NCBI GenBank assembly: GCA_964016885.1
Contig: OZ024743.1
Span: 85,188,001-85,252,000 of the forward strand
Direction of reading: 5' to 3'
Length of the DNA stretch: 64,000 bases
From: Eledone cirrhosa
Lineage: Eukaryota
The notes under the pieces are model-generated. The model saw nothing but the letters and a program-made list of their open reading frames with translations, was not told where the DNA came from and did no database searches. The position numbers and the translations under genes were made by a program. The first letter of the stretch is position 1, and every line of letters starts with the position of its first letter. This document shows, piece by piece, positions 38,414 through 50,806 of this stretch.

Positions 38414-38418
<5 letters not shown>
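34811..38418 (-). mobile_element. RTE LINE subfamily B with a 5S rRNA at its 5' end; RT core deleted
   Basis: APE endonuclease motifs (GTINV, CCVQE, GDFNGHIG, QIDFIL, SQHSLV), RT N-terminal part, a deletion at ~35890, PHD finger, (ATG)n tail; (TA)n on both sides. Confidence 0.9.
38303..38418 (-). rRNA. 5S rRNA-derived sequence, near full length (~4 nt missing at the 5' end); probably a retroposed copy
   Basis: Minus strand ACAGCCATATCACGCTGAAAACACTGGTTCTCGTCCGATCCCCGAAGTTAAGCAACGTCGAGCCTAGTTAGTACTTAGAAGGGTGACCGCTTGGGAACCCTAAGTGCCGTAAGC is colinear with metazoan 5S, including boxes A and C. Confidence 0.93.
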
Positions 38419-38489
<71 letters not shown>

Positions 38490-38494
<5 letters not shown>

Positions 38495-41400
38495 AAATAA
38501 ACCTTGCTGGGTTCCAAGGACAGAATTTATCTATCTAATTTATCTTACGGACGATCTGTCGATTTTGAGAATGTAAGCAAAACACTTGTCTTTCCTTTTA
38601 CCCGTAATTCACTCAATGAGCAGTGTTTTAAACTTCTATTTATGCCAGTCTAGAATTCAAATTCTCCGTTTCTCTCTCAGATTTTCAATTAATATTTTAC
38701 ATGTTTTTAATAATATGTCTCATTCTGTTGGACCCTTCCTAAAAACTAACCTTCTCCTTAAGTTACATATTTCCCGCCCTCCCACCCCCACACACCACCA
38801 TTGCTATATGGTCCAATCATAACTCAGTAGCTTATAGTAAGTTCTCTTACAAATGAGTATAGTAAAGCTACCATCTCGGTTACTACTCCTTAAGTTTAGA
38901 CCAGTTTGATGGGTGGACTGCGGAATTTGGAAAGTCTAAACACTCAATGACAATGTCACAGATAAAGATAAATTCACCTCCCGCTGCAGGACGAGAATAC
39001 AAAGATCCCTCTTTATTTCAGACATGGATGACCAACATAATTCCGTCTCCACACCCCTCCCTGCCCCTCTAACCCATCCATCCCACTCTCCCAACTTCAG
39101 AGTTGGTACCATGAACGTAGACACATTGAAAGTCGCTCAAATGAGGTTGTAGAGATGCTTGAACGTAAAGAAGTTTATGTTTGTTGTGTTCAAGAGACTA
39201 AGTGGAGAGGTGGGTCTGCCAGATTCATCGTGGGTAAAAAACGATGCTATAAACTTTTCTGGGTGGGAAATGACAATGGGCTGGGTGGTGTAGGAATTAT
39301 ATTAGCTGAAAAATGGGTAGATAAGGTATTTGACATAAATAGAGTGAATGACAGAATAATTAAAATAAAGCTAGTTCTAAATAGAACTACTGTGACAATA
39401 ATATCCGCTTATGCACCTCAATCTGGTCTACCTGACGTTATAAAGGACAGGTTCTATGAGACGCTAATGCACACTACCTCCCAAATAACTGACAGCGACT
39501 ACTTAATTATTGCTGGCGACCTAAACAGTCATGTTGGACAACATAGTGATGGCTATGATGGAATCCATGGAGGCTATGGGGTTGGAAATAGAAATGAGGA
39601 GGGCTTCAGAATCCTGGAATTCTGTGACGCTAATAACCTAACTATCTGTAACACAAACTTCAAATATCGAGAAAACCACTTGATCACCTATAGATCAGGA
39701 GAACACGCCAGCCAGATAGATTATATCCTTACTAGAAGACGGCACAAAGTGTCTGTTGTAAACACTAAATCCCTTCCCAATAAAGAATGCACCTCCCAAC
39801 ATAGCCTAGTAGTTAGTGACCTCATAGTCAGGACTAGATGTACTTGTCGACGGAGGAGGCCTACCTTGAGGAGAAGAATATGGCAGTTGAAGGACCCCAT
39901 AGCCAATGACAAATTTAAAAGCTTATTACTTGATGCCTTTGACAATAAGGAAGAGCAATTAGAGATATGCAAAATAGAGGAACATTGGCAATCCTTGAAA
40001 TTGAACCTGCTGAAAGCAACGGATGAGAGTAACTTGGTGGTGGAACAGTAAGGTGGAGGAGACATTCAAGGCCAAAAAGCAGGCTTGGAAAGTATGGCAG
40101 ATTGGGGGAAGTAGAGGACACTATCAAGTGGCCAGGAGAGAAGCTAGGAGACAAGTGTACCTTGCAAAAAAGGAAGCAGAGGATAGAAAGTTAAAGCATG
40201 TTCTACAACGTGAGGACCAAAAACATGAGGTGTTCAAGATTGCTAGACAATGTGTCAAGGAAAACTATGATACTGTTGGGGAGAAGTGTGTCCGTAATGA
40301 TAACGGTGTACTTGCCCTCACTGATACTGATAAGAAGATAGCTTGGAAGTGTCACTACGAGAGACTATTAAATGAGGAGAATAAATGGGAAAAAGATAGT
40401 CTGCCCCAAATCGATCCAATAGAAGGACCAGCGATGCAAGTTGAAGGTAGTATAATAAGTAAGGCAATCAAAGATATGAAGACAGACAAGGCAGCTGGGC
40501 CTTCGGAGATAGTTGCTGAGATGTTGAAGGCATCTGGAATGGTGGAACATACTATGGTCACCCGTAGAGTGGACCAAGTAATACAGAATGGGGTCATACC
40601 AAAAGACTGGCATAGCAGCATCATCATTAACTGCTATAAGGGTAAAGGGGATGCTCTAGATAGGGGAAACTATAGAGGCATTAAGTTAGTTGACCAGGTC
40701 ATGAAGGTCACAGAAAGAGTTATAGCGCAACTAATCAGAGAGAGAATTGATCTAGATGAAATGCAGTTTGGGTTTGTGTCCGGTAAAAGTACCAGAGACG
40801 CTCTTTTCCTTGTACGACAACTACAGGAGAAGTACCTAGCTAAAAGTAAACCTCTCTACTTAGCTTTTGAAGACCTGGAGAAAGCCTCGCTCCATTATCT
40901 GGTGGGCTCTTAGAAAACTAGGTGTAGAGGAATGGCTTGTGAGAGCTATACAAGCTATGTATAAAGAAACAGTCAGAATTAACAATGAATATTGTGAAGA
41001 ATTTAGTGTAAAAGTTGGTGTTCATCAAGGCTCTGTCCTTAGTCCCCTACTATTTATTATTACCCTTCACGCTATAACAGATGAGTTCCAGACTGGCTGC
41101 CCATGGGAACTCCTATACACAGATGATCTAACTCTCATAGCTGAATCTATGGTTGAACTAGAGAAGAAATTCCAAACAAGGAAGAATGGCCTAGAATCAA
41201 AAGGCCTTAAAGTTAACTGTCTAAGACTAAAGTTCTAGTTTGTAGAAAGGAAAATAGGGCACAGGTGCCCTCAGGGAAATGGCCATGCTCAGTGTGTAGG
41301 AAAGGAGTAGGCAGAAATTCCATTTTATGTCCCAAATGCAAAGTATGGGTACATAAAAGATGTAGTGGGATCACAGGTAAACTATCTAAGAACATAGATT

Positions 41401-42490
41401 TTATATGTGGCCAATGCTCAGGTGCAATAAGTAGCAAGTGCCCACAGTATACTAGCTCCTTCTATTGCCTAGATGGTTCTATAGAAATAGTGAACACTTT
41501 CTGTTACCTGGGTGACAAAATCAGCAGTGGTGGTGGGTGCTCTGAAAGTACAGTAGCCAGAGTCAGAACGGAATGGAAAAAGTTCAGAGAGCTTATACCG
41601 CTGTTGGCCACAAAAGGTTTCTCTCTAAAAATGAAAGGCAGATTGTATGATGCCTGTATACGAACAACAATGCTACATGGCAATGAGACATGGGCATTAT
41701 GTGCAGAGGGCCTGCGTAGACTGGAAAGGAACGAAGCATGCATGCTCCGTTGGATGTGTAATAGTAATATACGTGAACGGCAAAGCATAAATGAACTAAG
41801 TGAGAAATTAGGAATAAGAGGGATCAGATGCTGTTTACTTGAGAGAAGACTACGTTGGTATGGTCACGTGATGCGCATGAAAGACGACAGCTGTACAAAA
41901 AAGTGCAGGGTGATCAAAATTGATGGTAGTTATGGAGTAGGTGGACCCAGAAAAACCTGGGACGATTTGATAAATTCCGACCTTACACACTTACACCTCT
42001 CTAAGACAAAGTCACTAGACCGAGATCTTTGCCACTACACAGTAATACAGAAGACCCGCCTTGCCTATGTACAAAGTGAAACCTAAAGTCAGTAGGCACC
42101 TCTTAACCAAATATACACCCAAATCCACTACCCCTACCCTATCCTCCCACTAACACCACCCTCTCTCTGTAAAGTTGGTACCACAACATCCAGTCCAAAT
42201 AAATGAGATATTGAGATCAAGATCGAGATCGTGTAGGTGTCACAACAAAAAACACACACAGTCCACGCTGTAATGTGGCCATGTAGTAACACGGTGAAAA
42301 GTTCCCAGTTCCACACTGTAAATGTGGTTGGTGTTAGGAAGGTCATCCAGCCGTAGAAAACCTGCCAGATAGTCCTATATGAGCGAGAGACGGTCACCTG
42401 ACCAACCTTACCTCAAGTGGGACAACTCCCGTCTAACCCATGCTAGCATGGAAGATGGATGTTAAACGAAGATGATGATGATGGTGATGA
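38490..42490 (+). mobile_element. Near-full-length RTE LINE subfamily A, frameshifted
   Basis: APE (39155-40051), RT, PHD and C-terminus to 42086, then 3' UTR and (ATG)n. Highly similar to 15281-18057. The 5' boundary is inferred from UTR similarity to subfamily B. Confidence 0.9.
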
Positions 42491-43142
42491 CATATATATA
42501 TATGAACATACACATATATCAATATATCATCACGATTTAACATCTTTTTCATGCTAACAGAGGTTGGATAATCTCTCTCTCTCTTCCTCACTCTCTCTTT
42601 CTCTCTCTCTCCCTCACTCTCTCTTGCTCTCTCTCAGTATGTATGTCTATGTATGTCTATGTATGTGTGTGTATGTGTGTATACATATATAGCCATGTGC
42701 TCACAGAATGTAATAGTTAATTTATCAATTGGTTTCATTGAAAGAACTCTTATGTTTGTTAATGATAATTAACCAGACTTGTTAGCTGCCAGGTTAAAAG
42801 AATTGGTGGATTGACTCCAAAGTGTCTGGTGCTACTGTCCTCTCTTTGAACGGCACACACTGAAATATCCTCAGCCATGCGTGATGTGTTCATAACATTA
42901 AAAATCACCTGAAAGTTAGAAGCAGTAATTAGTAAAAATATATCATTCTTTTGGTTGATATTGTTGTTGTTGTTTACGCAGAACAAACACCTTTCAACTA
43001 AATAGAAATGAAATGTTTTGGAAAAGTTGTCTAATTTGTTCAAATGTGGAATTTTCTGTTCTAGATTTGTTTATTTTTCACATGCTCCACACACACACAC
43101 ATGTTATTATTATTATTATAATATATATATATATATATATAT

Positions 43143-43790
43143 CCTCTCCAAGACAATGTCACTGGACCGAGATCTTTGGCGCTACACAGTAATACAGAAG
43201 ACCCGCCTTGCCTAAGTACAAAGCAAAACCTACAGTCAGTAGGCACTTCTAACAAAAATACACCCCCACCCCACCATGTAAAGTTATGTTGGTACCACAA
43301 CATCCCGTCAAAAATAAATGAGGTCGTGTAGGTGTCACGACAAAAAAACTTACAGTCCACACTGTAATGTGGCCATGTAGGTAACATGGTAAAAACCTTC
43401 CAGTCCACACTGTAAACGTGGTTGGTGTTAGGAAGGGCATCCAGCCGTAGAAAACCCGCCAGACAGTCCTATACGAGCAAGACAAGCAATCTTGCCTCAA
43501 GTGGGAAAACTCCCGTCCAAACCCATGCTAGCGTGGAAGATGGACGTTAAACGATGATGATGATGATGATGATGATCACCATCATCATCATCATTTAACG
43601 TCCATTTTTCCGCATTAGCATGGGTTAGAAGAGTTATCCTGCAGTGAGACAAGCCAGATCAGGTGACCATGTCTTGCTCATACAGAACTGTTTCTGGCTT
43701 GGTTTCTACAGCTGGTTGCTCTTCCTAACGCCAACCACATTTACACCTACACGACCACATTACAGTGTGTTGACACATACAGGTGACTTC
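43143..43790. mobile_element. Two RTE 3' ends joined tail-to-tail at (ATG)n/(CAT)n
   Basis: Plus copy at 43143-43575; minus copy at 43577-43790. Confidence 0.85.
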
Positions 43791-44601
43791 ATCCAGTCAT
43801 ACTTCTGCTTGTCTTCCTCCTCTTTCAATCTATATTTCATCTGCCTGTCACCCACCTTGTGGATTGTCTCTCAGCTGACCACTGGCTGCTGGTCTCTTTG
43901 ATCTGAGGCATTTTTGCCCATCGCTGTCATTGACAGCATTTAGCTGTTTTAACAGACATGCATGTATGTAGAGTGCAAGCCACACAAACACGTTAATGAC
44001 TGCTCGGAAGATGCCCTGAAGAACGTCAATATCTGAAACATGGAAAAATCTTGTAACAGAACGAGCCCAGTGGTGAAATCAGATTTTTACTGATGTTAAA
44101 GAAGATTAGGGCCTATGCTGAAGAGAAGCGAGCAGCTAAATATATGGAGGATGTTAGTGTGTGATGCAGACGGATAGGTGTGTCAAAGGCTGGGCTGCTA
44201 AGTCATAGCAGACATAATTCTCCTGGAAAACACCTTTAAGTACCCCATACACCTTGATTTTACATGTAACATCAGTACCAAAGTGTTTCGCTTTGCAGGT
44301 AGGCTTACTTAACACCACAAATAATGCCATGACAATCAAATTGAGACAGGTGGGAAACTTACCTGTACAGTGTGTGGTATGACATGTAAATCACTTCCTC
44401 GTTTGATGAGCCATCAAAGGCAACATCAATAACATGCTTTTACCAATGTCTTTTCTGTTTCTAAGAAGTGGGCATATCCAAACACAAGTTGGCTTCCTTT
44501 ATGTATGTATGTGTGTATGTATGTGTGTGTGTACATATGTATGTATGTATGTATGGGTGTGTGTGTACATATGTATGTATGTGTGTGTGCACGTATGTAT
44601 G

Positions 44602-47056
44602 TTCTTCTGGTTTTATAATTTCACAATTATTTACCAATAGAGAGAGAGTCGGTTTCTAACATAGACACAAGACTCTCTCATTGGAATTTACACAACATCA
44701 ACTAGGTAGATATGTATGTATGCATGCATGTGTAGATATGGATGTTATTGTATGTGTGGATGTGTATGTTTTGAGTTGTATGTGTGCATGTGTATATGCT
44801 TAGTATCTGTACATGTGTAAATGCAGTTATTAGATGCAAAATTTTTGGAATGTTTTACATATTTTTACTGTTCCATTAATGGATTGTACTTGTAGTTTCC
44901 TAACTAGTTGTGTTTTTTCTGTTCTTATGAAGCCTAGCTTCTCAAGATTTGTATTGAGGCAGTTACTAACATACCCCAGTGCCCTAATAATCTGAAGGTG
45001 TAATCAGGGTGGAGTATCTGCCGATTTCTCATCAGTTCTGCATAAATATTCTCCTTTTTGCTAATCTTTGATATTATATTGGCATCTGCTGGGCAGCTAA
45101 TTTCCACTACTGTGCATGTTTTCTTTTCCCTGTCCCATATCATAATATCTAGTCTGTTATGCCTGCATTTTATTGGGGGTTTACTGGAACATTCCACCAG
45201 TACTCTTTCATATTATGTATGTGGATGTCTTCCACATTGCTGTAGCTTTTAATGTGTTTATTATCGGGGCTATCTTTTTTACGAACTGCATTGTACAGTG
45301 TTTTGGCCACTACATCATACCTCATAGGTAGATAGTACCGCGATGACATCTTTGGATAGCTGCTGATGACTTGGGTGATATCCTCGATGCGGTTCTGCAG
45401 AGTCTGCACTTGTTATCACATCTAGGTGTTTTGCCTGCATCCCTATCTCTTTTGTGAATCAGGTATTTCGTGTTAATCTCCTGTTCTTGGATTGCAAAAG
45501 CGTATCCTTCAAAGCGGGAGCCAATATAGCGGTTGTTGGTCCAAGATAGACTACTTTCCTTATCTATATTACTCTCACTCTGGAACTTCCTGGCAACATA
45601 CTGATAAGCATGCAGTTTTTCATCCATGGATTCACTGCGGTACTGCTGAGCGACTTCTCTTGGTGTGAGTTTTTGATTATCACACAGGGAACATCTCTTG
45701 AGGAGTTCCTTCCCAACTCTCATGATCCTATCTATTTCATGCAGATAGACTTGCTCGAGAAACGGGCTCCTACGCTTCGAGGTTCATAGATGTTGTCGGA
45801 GGGATATGATGCGACATTCAAATGCTGTCTGGACTGATGTTAGGCCTCTGCCTCCCTGCTTACGTTTCAAGTAAAGGCAGTCTATGTCAGTGTTCATGTG
45901 AAAGTTTCCGGTGTTGTTTAGTATTTTTCGAGTTCCAACATCAACTGCTCGGATTTTGTCTATCGTCCAATTGAGTATTCCAAACGTTGGTGTTAGGACA
46001 GGCACAGCAAACACATTGTGAGCCACTGTTTTGTTTTGCGCAGAGAGTTCCGATGACCAAATATTTCTTAATCGGGTCTAGTATTCCCTGGTTACGCGTT
46101 CCTTATTAAAGATACCATTATAGGATATGTTCTCATCTATCCCCAGGTATCTGTAGCAGTCCTCATCAAATATCGGTGAAACAGTTAGGCCATTGATGAC
46201 AATGTTGCTAGATTGGGTTGTTGTCTTTCCTCTTTACAGTCATGTATGAGCATTTATCTTGGCCAAACTCCATTCCTATATCCTTTGAGAACGTTGTAAC
46301 CAGGTCAAGATTTTTCTTCATCCCATCCTTGTTCTTGGCATAGAGTTTCAGATTGTCCACAAAGAAATTATGGGTTAGGTTCGTATTTCTGTCCTCCTGT
46401 GAACCAAAGATGTATCCCTCACATTTCTTGAGCAGAAAGGACAAGGGGTTTAATGACAAGATGAATAATATCACAGAGAGACTGTCTCCCTGAAATATAC
46501 CCCTGCGATATTTTATTTTATCAGTGAAAATAGAGTCCTCCCTCTTTGTCTTTAACCTTAGGATAGTAGCCCAAGAAGAAGACAGCTTTTCTATGGCTCT
46601 GACAATAATGTCTGGGACTTTAGCAAGTTGGAGAGCCTCTATCATCCAAGAGCGGGGAACAGAATCAAAAGCTTTCCTGTAGTCCAGCACGACTGTAGCC
46701 ATATTCCTCCTAAGTTGTCGCACCTCCGACATCGCAGTTTTGTTGATTAGGAGTTGGTCAGCACATCCCCAAACCCTTTTCTTTCCAGCTGCTTGTTTAT
46801 CTGTGATGATGTTATTATTTTCACAGTGATCTTGGAGTAATAGGTTCAGGCAGGCTGTATACATCTTATACATCAGGTTCTGGCATGCAATGGGTCGGTA
46901 GTTTTTTGCCAAGTGGGTGTCTTTGTTCTTGGGGACCAGTGATGTTTGTGTTAATGTCAACCATTCTGGTATAAGTGTATCTCCCTTAAGAACTTGTTGG
47001 TAGAGGTCAGTAAGATACCTCTGATAGAATATCAGTTTTTTTGTACCAGTAGCCGA
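44602..47056 (-). mobile_element. R4/Dong-type RLE-encoding LINE, 5'-truncated and disrupted
   Basis: RT motifs NYRPIAC, DYRKAFDSV, GIFQGDSLS and FVDNLKLY; CRLC zinc knuckle; RLE motif NRLDIMIWD...VVEISCP; (TATG)n flanks. Confidence 0.9.
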
Positions 47057-47091
47057 TGTATGTATGTAGGTCTGTATTTATGTATGTAGAT

Positions 47092-47696
47092 GTTCTTCTG
47101 GTTTTATAATTTCACAAATGTTTGCCAATAGAGAGGGAGTCGGTTTCTAACATAGATACAAGACTCTCTCATTGGAATTTACACATCAACTAGGTAGATA
47201 TGTATGCATGTCTGGATGCATGCATGTGTAGATATGGATGTTATTGTATGTGTGGATGTGGATGTTTTGAGTTGTATCTGTACATGTGTATATGCAGTTA
47301 TTAGATGCAAAAATTTTGAAATGTTTTACATATTTTTACTGTTCCATTAATGGATTGTACTTGTAATTTCCTAACTAGTTGTGTTCTTTCTGTTCCTGTG
47401 AAGCCCAGCTTCTCAAGATTTGTATTGAGGCAGTTACTAACATATCCCAGTGCCCCAATAATCACAGGCATAAATCTGAAGGTGTAATCAGGGTGGAGTA
47501 TCTACAGATTTCTCGTTAGTTCTGCATAAATATTCTCCTTTTCGCTAATCTTTTCCCTGTCCCATATCATTATATCTGGTTTGTTATGCCTGCATTTTAT
47601 TGGGGTTTTTACTGGAACATTCCACCAGTACTCTGTCATATTATGTATATCTTCCACATTGCTGTAGCATTTAATGTATTTATTATCGGGACTATC
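47092..47696 (-). mobile_element. Second, shorter R4/Dong-type copy in tandem
   Basis: Duplicates 44602-45270 with small deletions; followed by (TATG)n. Confidence 0.9.
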
Positions 47697-47932
47697 ATGT
47701 ATGTATGTATGTATGTATGTATGTATGTATGTATGTATGTATGTATGTATGTATGTATTTATGTATGTATGTGGATATGAGGATGGCTGAGTGTTTAAGC
47801 AGTAGTAGTAATAATGATGGTGATGGTAATAGTATAGGCAGTAGCTTTTGTAGTAGTAGTATTAGCAGTGGTTGTATTATTGACCGACATGATGGAAGTG
47901 CTGGTAGTATTGGTAGTAGTATGAGGATGTAA

Positions 47933-47979
<47 letters not shown>

Positions 47980-48294
47980 ATAGTAACAGTAGTGGTGGTA
48001 GTTGTTTATGTATCCTATCTCTCATCCAGTCATCCAGTTATGTTTCTATATCCAACCTGAAGACTCCTCCAAGACTCTTGAACTCCATCTCCCTCTCCCC
48101 ACCACCACAACCACCATCACCACCCTCCCTTTCTTCCTTGCTTGCTTTCTTTCTTTCCTTTGTCCTCTTCTTCTTTGCACCTGTTCAGTTCTCACTGTAG
48201 CAACAACAGCAACAATGAATAAATAAGCAACAGAGTATATTTGCTACCCAAGAAAATAACACAACTTATATTACACATACCCTACTGCTACTAC

Positions 48295-48366
<72 letters not shown>

Positions 48367-49522
48367 CAACACCAACACCACAACCTCTACCATTACTATC
48401 ATCATCACCACCACTGTCACAACTTCCATCATCACCACCGCCACCACTACTACCACCACCACAACCACTGAAATTGCTAAAAGTTGTTATATAAATGTAT
48501 TGGGAGATTTAGGGACAGTGGCTAGAAGTTTGAATAGTTGGTTGAAGATATTGACCCTAGAAATGAATTTCCTGACTTTACAGAAGGCTTGTTTGCTTAG
48601 AGCAACAGGAACCATACAAAGGGTGCAAGACAGAGATGTGGAACCTGTGGCCTTCTATACCATTCTGTGTGGCCTTTTGAAAGAATCAAAAATTTCCAAC
48701 AACTTTTAAATTTTTATTATATTTTTGTCTATCTCTTATTATTTTAATTTAAACCATAAGATGAACATATCTTAAATACTAAAGAGTAAAAGGAAATTCA
48801 ATGAAATAACAGACACTGATAGACAGAATTTTTTTAATGTGTAGATTATAAGGGCCATTTCAGTACTTTCTATGCTCATGTTTTAGTTCTAATATGATTC
48901 TAGAATGTACATTAAATTCCCTCTTGACTAGAGCTGCTATCACCCAAGGCTGGTTGGTGAGAACCCGTGGGGATTTAGTATGACAGTGATTATCAAAATT
49001 TGACAATTATGTATGTGGGTTTCTATTTGAAGTAGAAATATAAAAAATGTTACACAACTTGACCATATATATGAGTATTTGTTTCATATTTTTGTCTGTT
49101 GTAATGCAGGAGCAAGCTAACGAAAAAGGAGGGAGGGTATAATTTTTTTAATATAATTATGGTTTCTTGAATGCAGCCTTATTACATTACAAGTAACTTA
49201 ATGCCGCCTTTCAACACGAAAAGGTTCCCCACCTCTGCTGTAAGATATACCTAAGGCTGCAGATGGCAGTTTGATATTTAGCAATCCAAATACCAGCAGA
49301 GGAACAACAAAATGCTGAGTAAAGAGAAGAAGAAATAAATACATAACACAACAACATATACTCCACAGGATTAAAAAATAGTCAATAAAATAACACAACT
49401 CATATAACACATACCATGCACAACAGAACAAACACTAAAATAACACCAGATACAACTAGCTAAACCCCATATGAAAACAAGAGTGATGCAGTAATATTGA
49501 CGCTACTACTACTACTACTTCA

Positions 49523-49561
<39 letters not shown>

Positions 49562-50139
49562 TTACCTTAGGTGTCAGGAAGAGACTCGACAAAAAACGGA
49601 AACAATACTGAAAGAAGAGGAAAAACAATCATGATAATAATTTCTACTATAGGCACAAGGCCATCAATTTTGGAGGAGAGGGAAAATCGCCCTCAGTGCA
49701 TTACTGGTACTTTATTTTATCAACCCCGTAAGGATGAAAGGTAAAGCTAACCTTGACGGGATTTGCTCAAACGTAAATAACCGTAACTCTATGCCACAAA
49801 GCATGTTATCTGACGTTCTACCAATCCACCCACCGCCCTAATAATAATAATAATGATAATAATAATTGTTTCTACTTTTGGCACAAGGCCAGCAATTACC
49901 CCAGTGTATTACTGGTACTTTATTTTATCGACCCTGTAAGGATGAAAGGCAAAGTTAACCTCGGTGGGATTTGAACTCAGAACACTGCCAATAATAATGA
50001 TAATATAGTAATAGGTGATCTGGGAATGTTAAAAAAACACACTGCACATACCCAAGGTGCACAGAGCTCTGCTCAGTAATGCAGTGATAATGCACAAAAT
50101 AATAATAATGATAGTAATAATAATAATGATAATAATAAT

Positions 50140-50355
50140 ATGTCATAGGCGCACTAGGTACTATCTCAAAAAGTTTCCAGGGATGGTTAAAGAAAATTGG
50201 CCCCTTCACGCTTTTTGGAACGCTTCAAAAGGCATGCTTGCTGGGAACAGCAAGAACCCTCCAATACGTCCTGAATATCTGAGGCTGCAGGTAGTGGCTT
50301 GATATTCATTTCAACAAACTTTCCAGTTAACTAACATCAATGACTGAGACTCAAA

Positions 50356-50357
<2 letters not shown>
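50140..50357 (+). mobile_element. R4/Dong-type 3' end of a different family with a (TAA)n tail; older relatives at 48490-48640 and 56830-57810
   Basis: VIGALGTISKSFQGWLKKIG...LQKACLLGTARTLQYVLNI*. Confidence 0.75.
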
Positions 50358-50396
<39 letters not shown>

Positions 50397-50806
50397 TTTC
50401 ATGTGAAATTTGATTAGACCCAGCCAGTTCCTGTACCGCCTCTAGTAAAATCCTCAGAATTGAAATCTAAACCCTGTTAAGATCATTACAGATTAGGGAA
50501 GGGCTAACATAAACTGAAGTTATATAATATTTAATATATCTTGAAGGTAAAATATATTGTATAACATTGCAGACTTTACTGCTTCTCACTTCACTTTCAG
50601 AGTGATTTTATAAAGATGTGATGGATCAGATATGATTATAAGACTCTACTAATAATACTACTACCACCACCACCGCCACCACCACTACTACCACCACCAC
50701 TACTACTACCACCACCACCACTACTACCACCACTACTACTACCGCCACCACCACCACCACCACCACCACTACTACTACTACTACTAATAATAATAATAAT
50801 AATAAT

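Noticed and set aside
38303-38418. Functional 5S rDNA array unit
   Set aside because: It is a single copy, 5'-clipped, with no immediate oligo-T terminator and with box C and helix substitutions.
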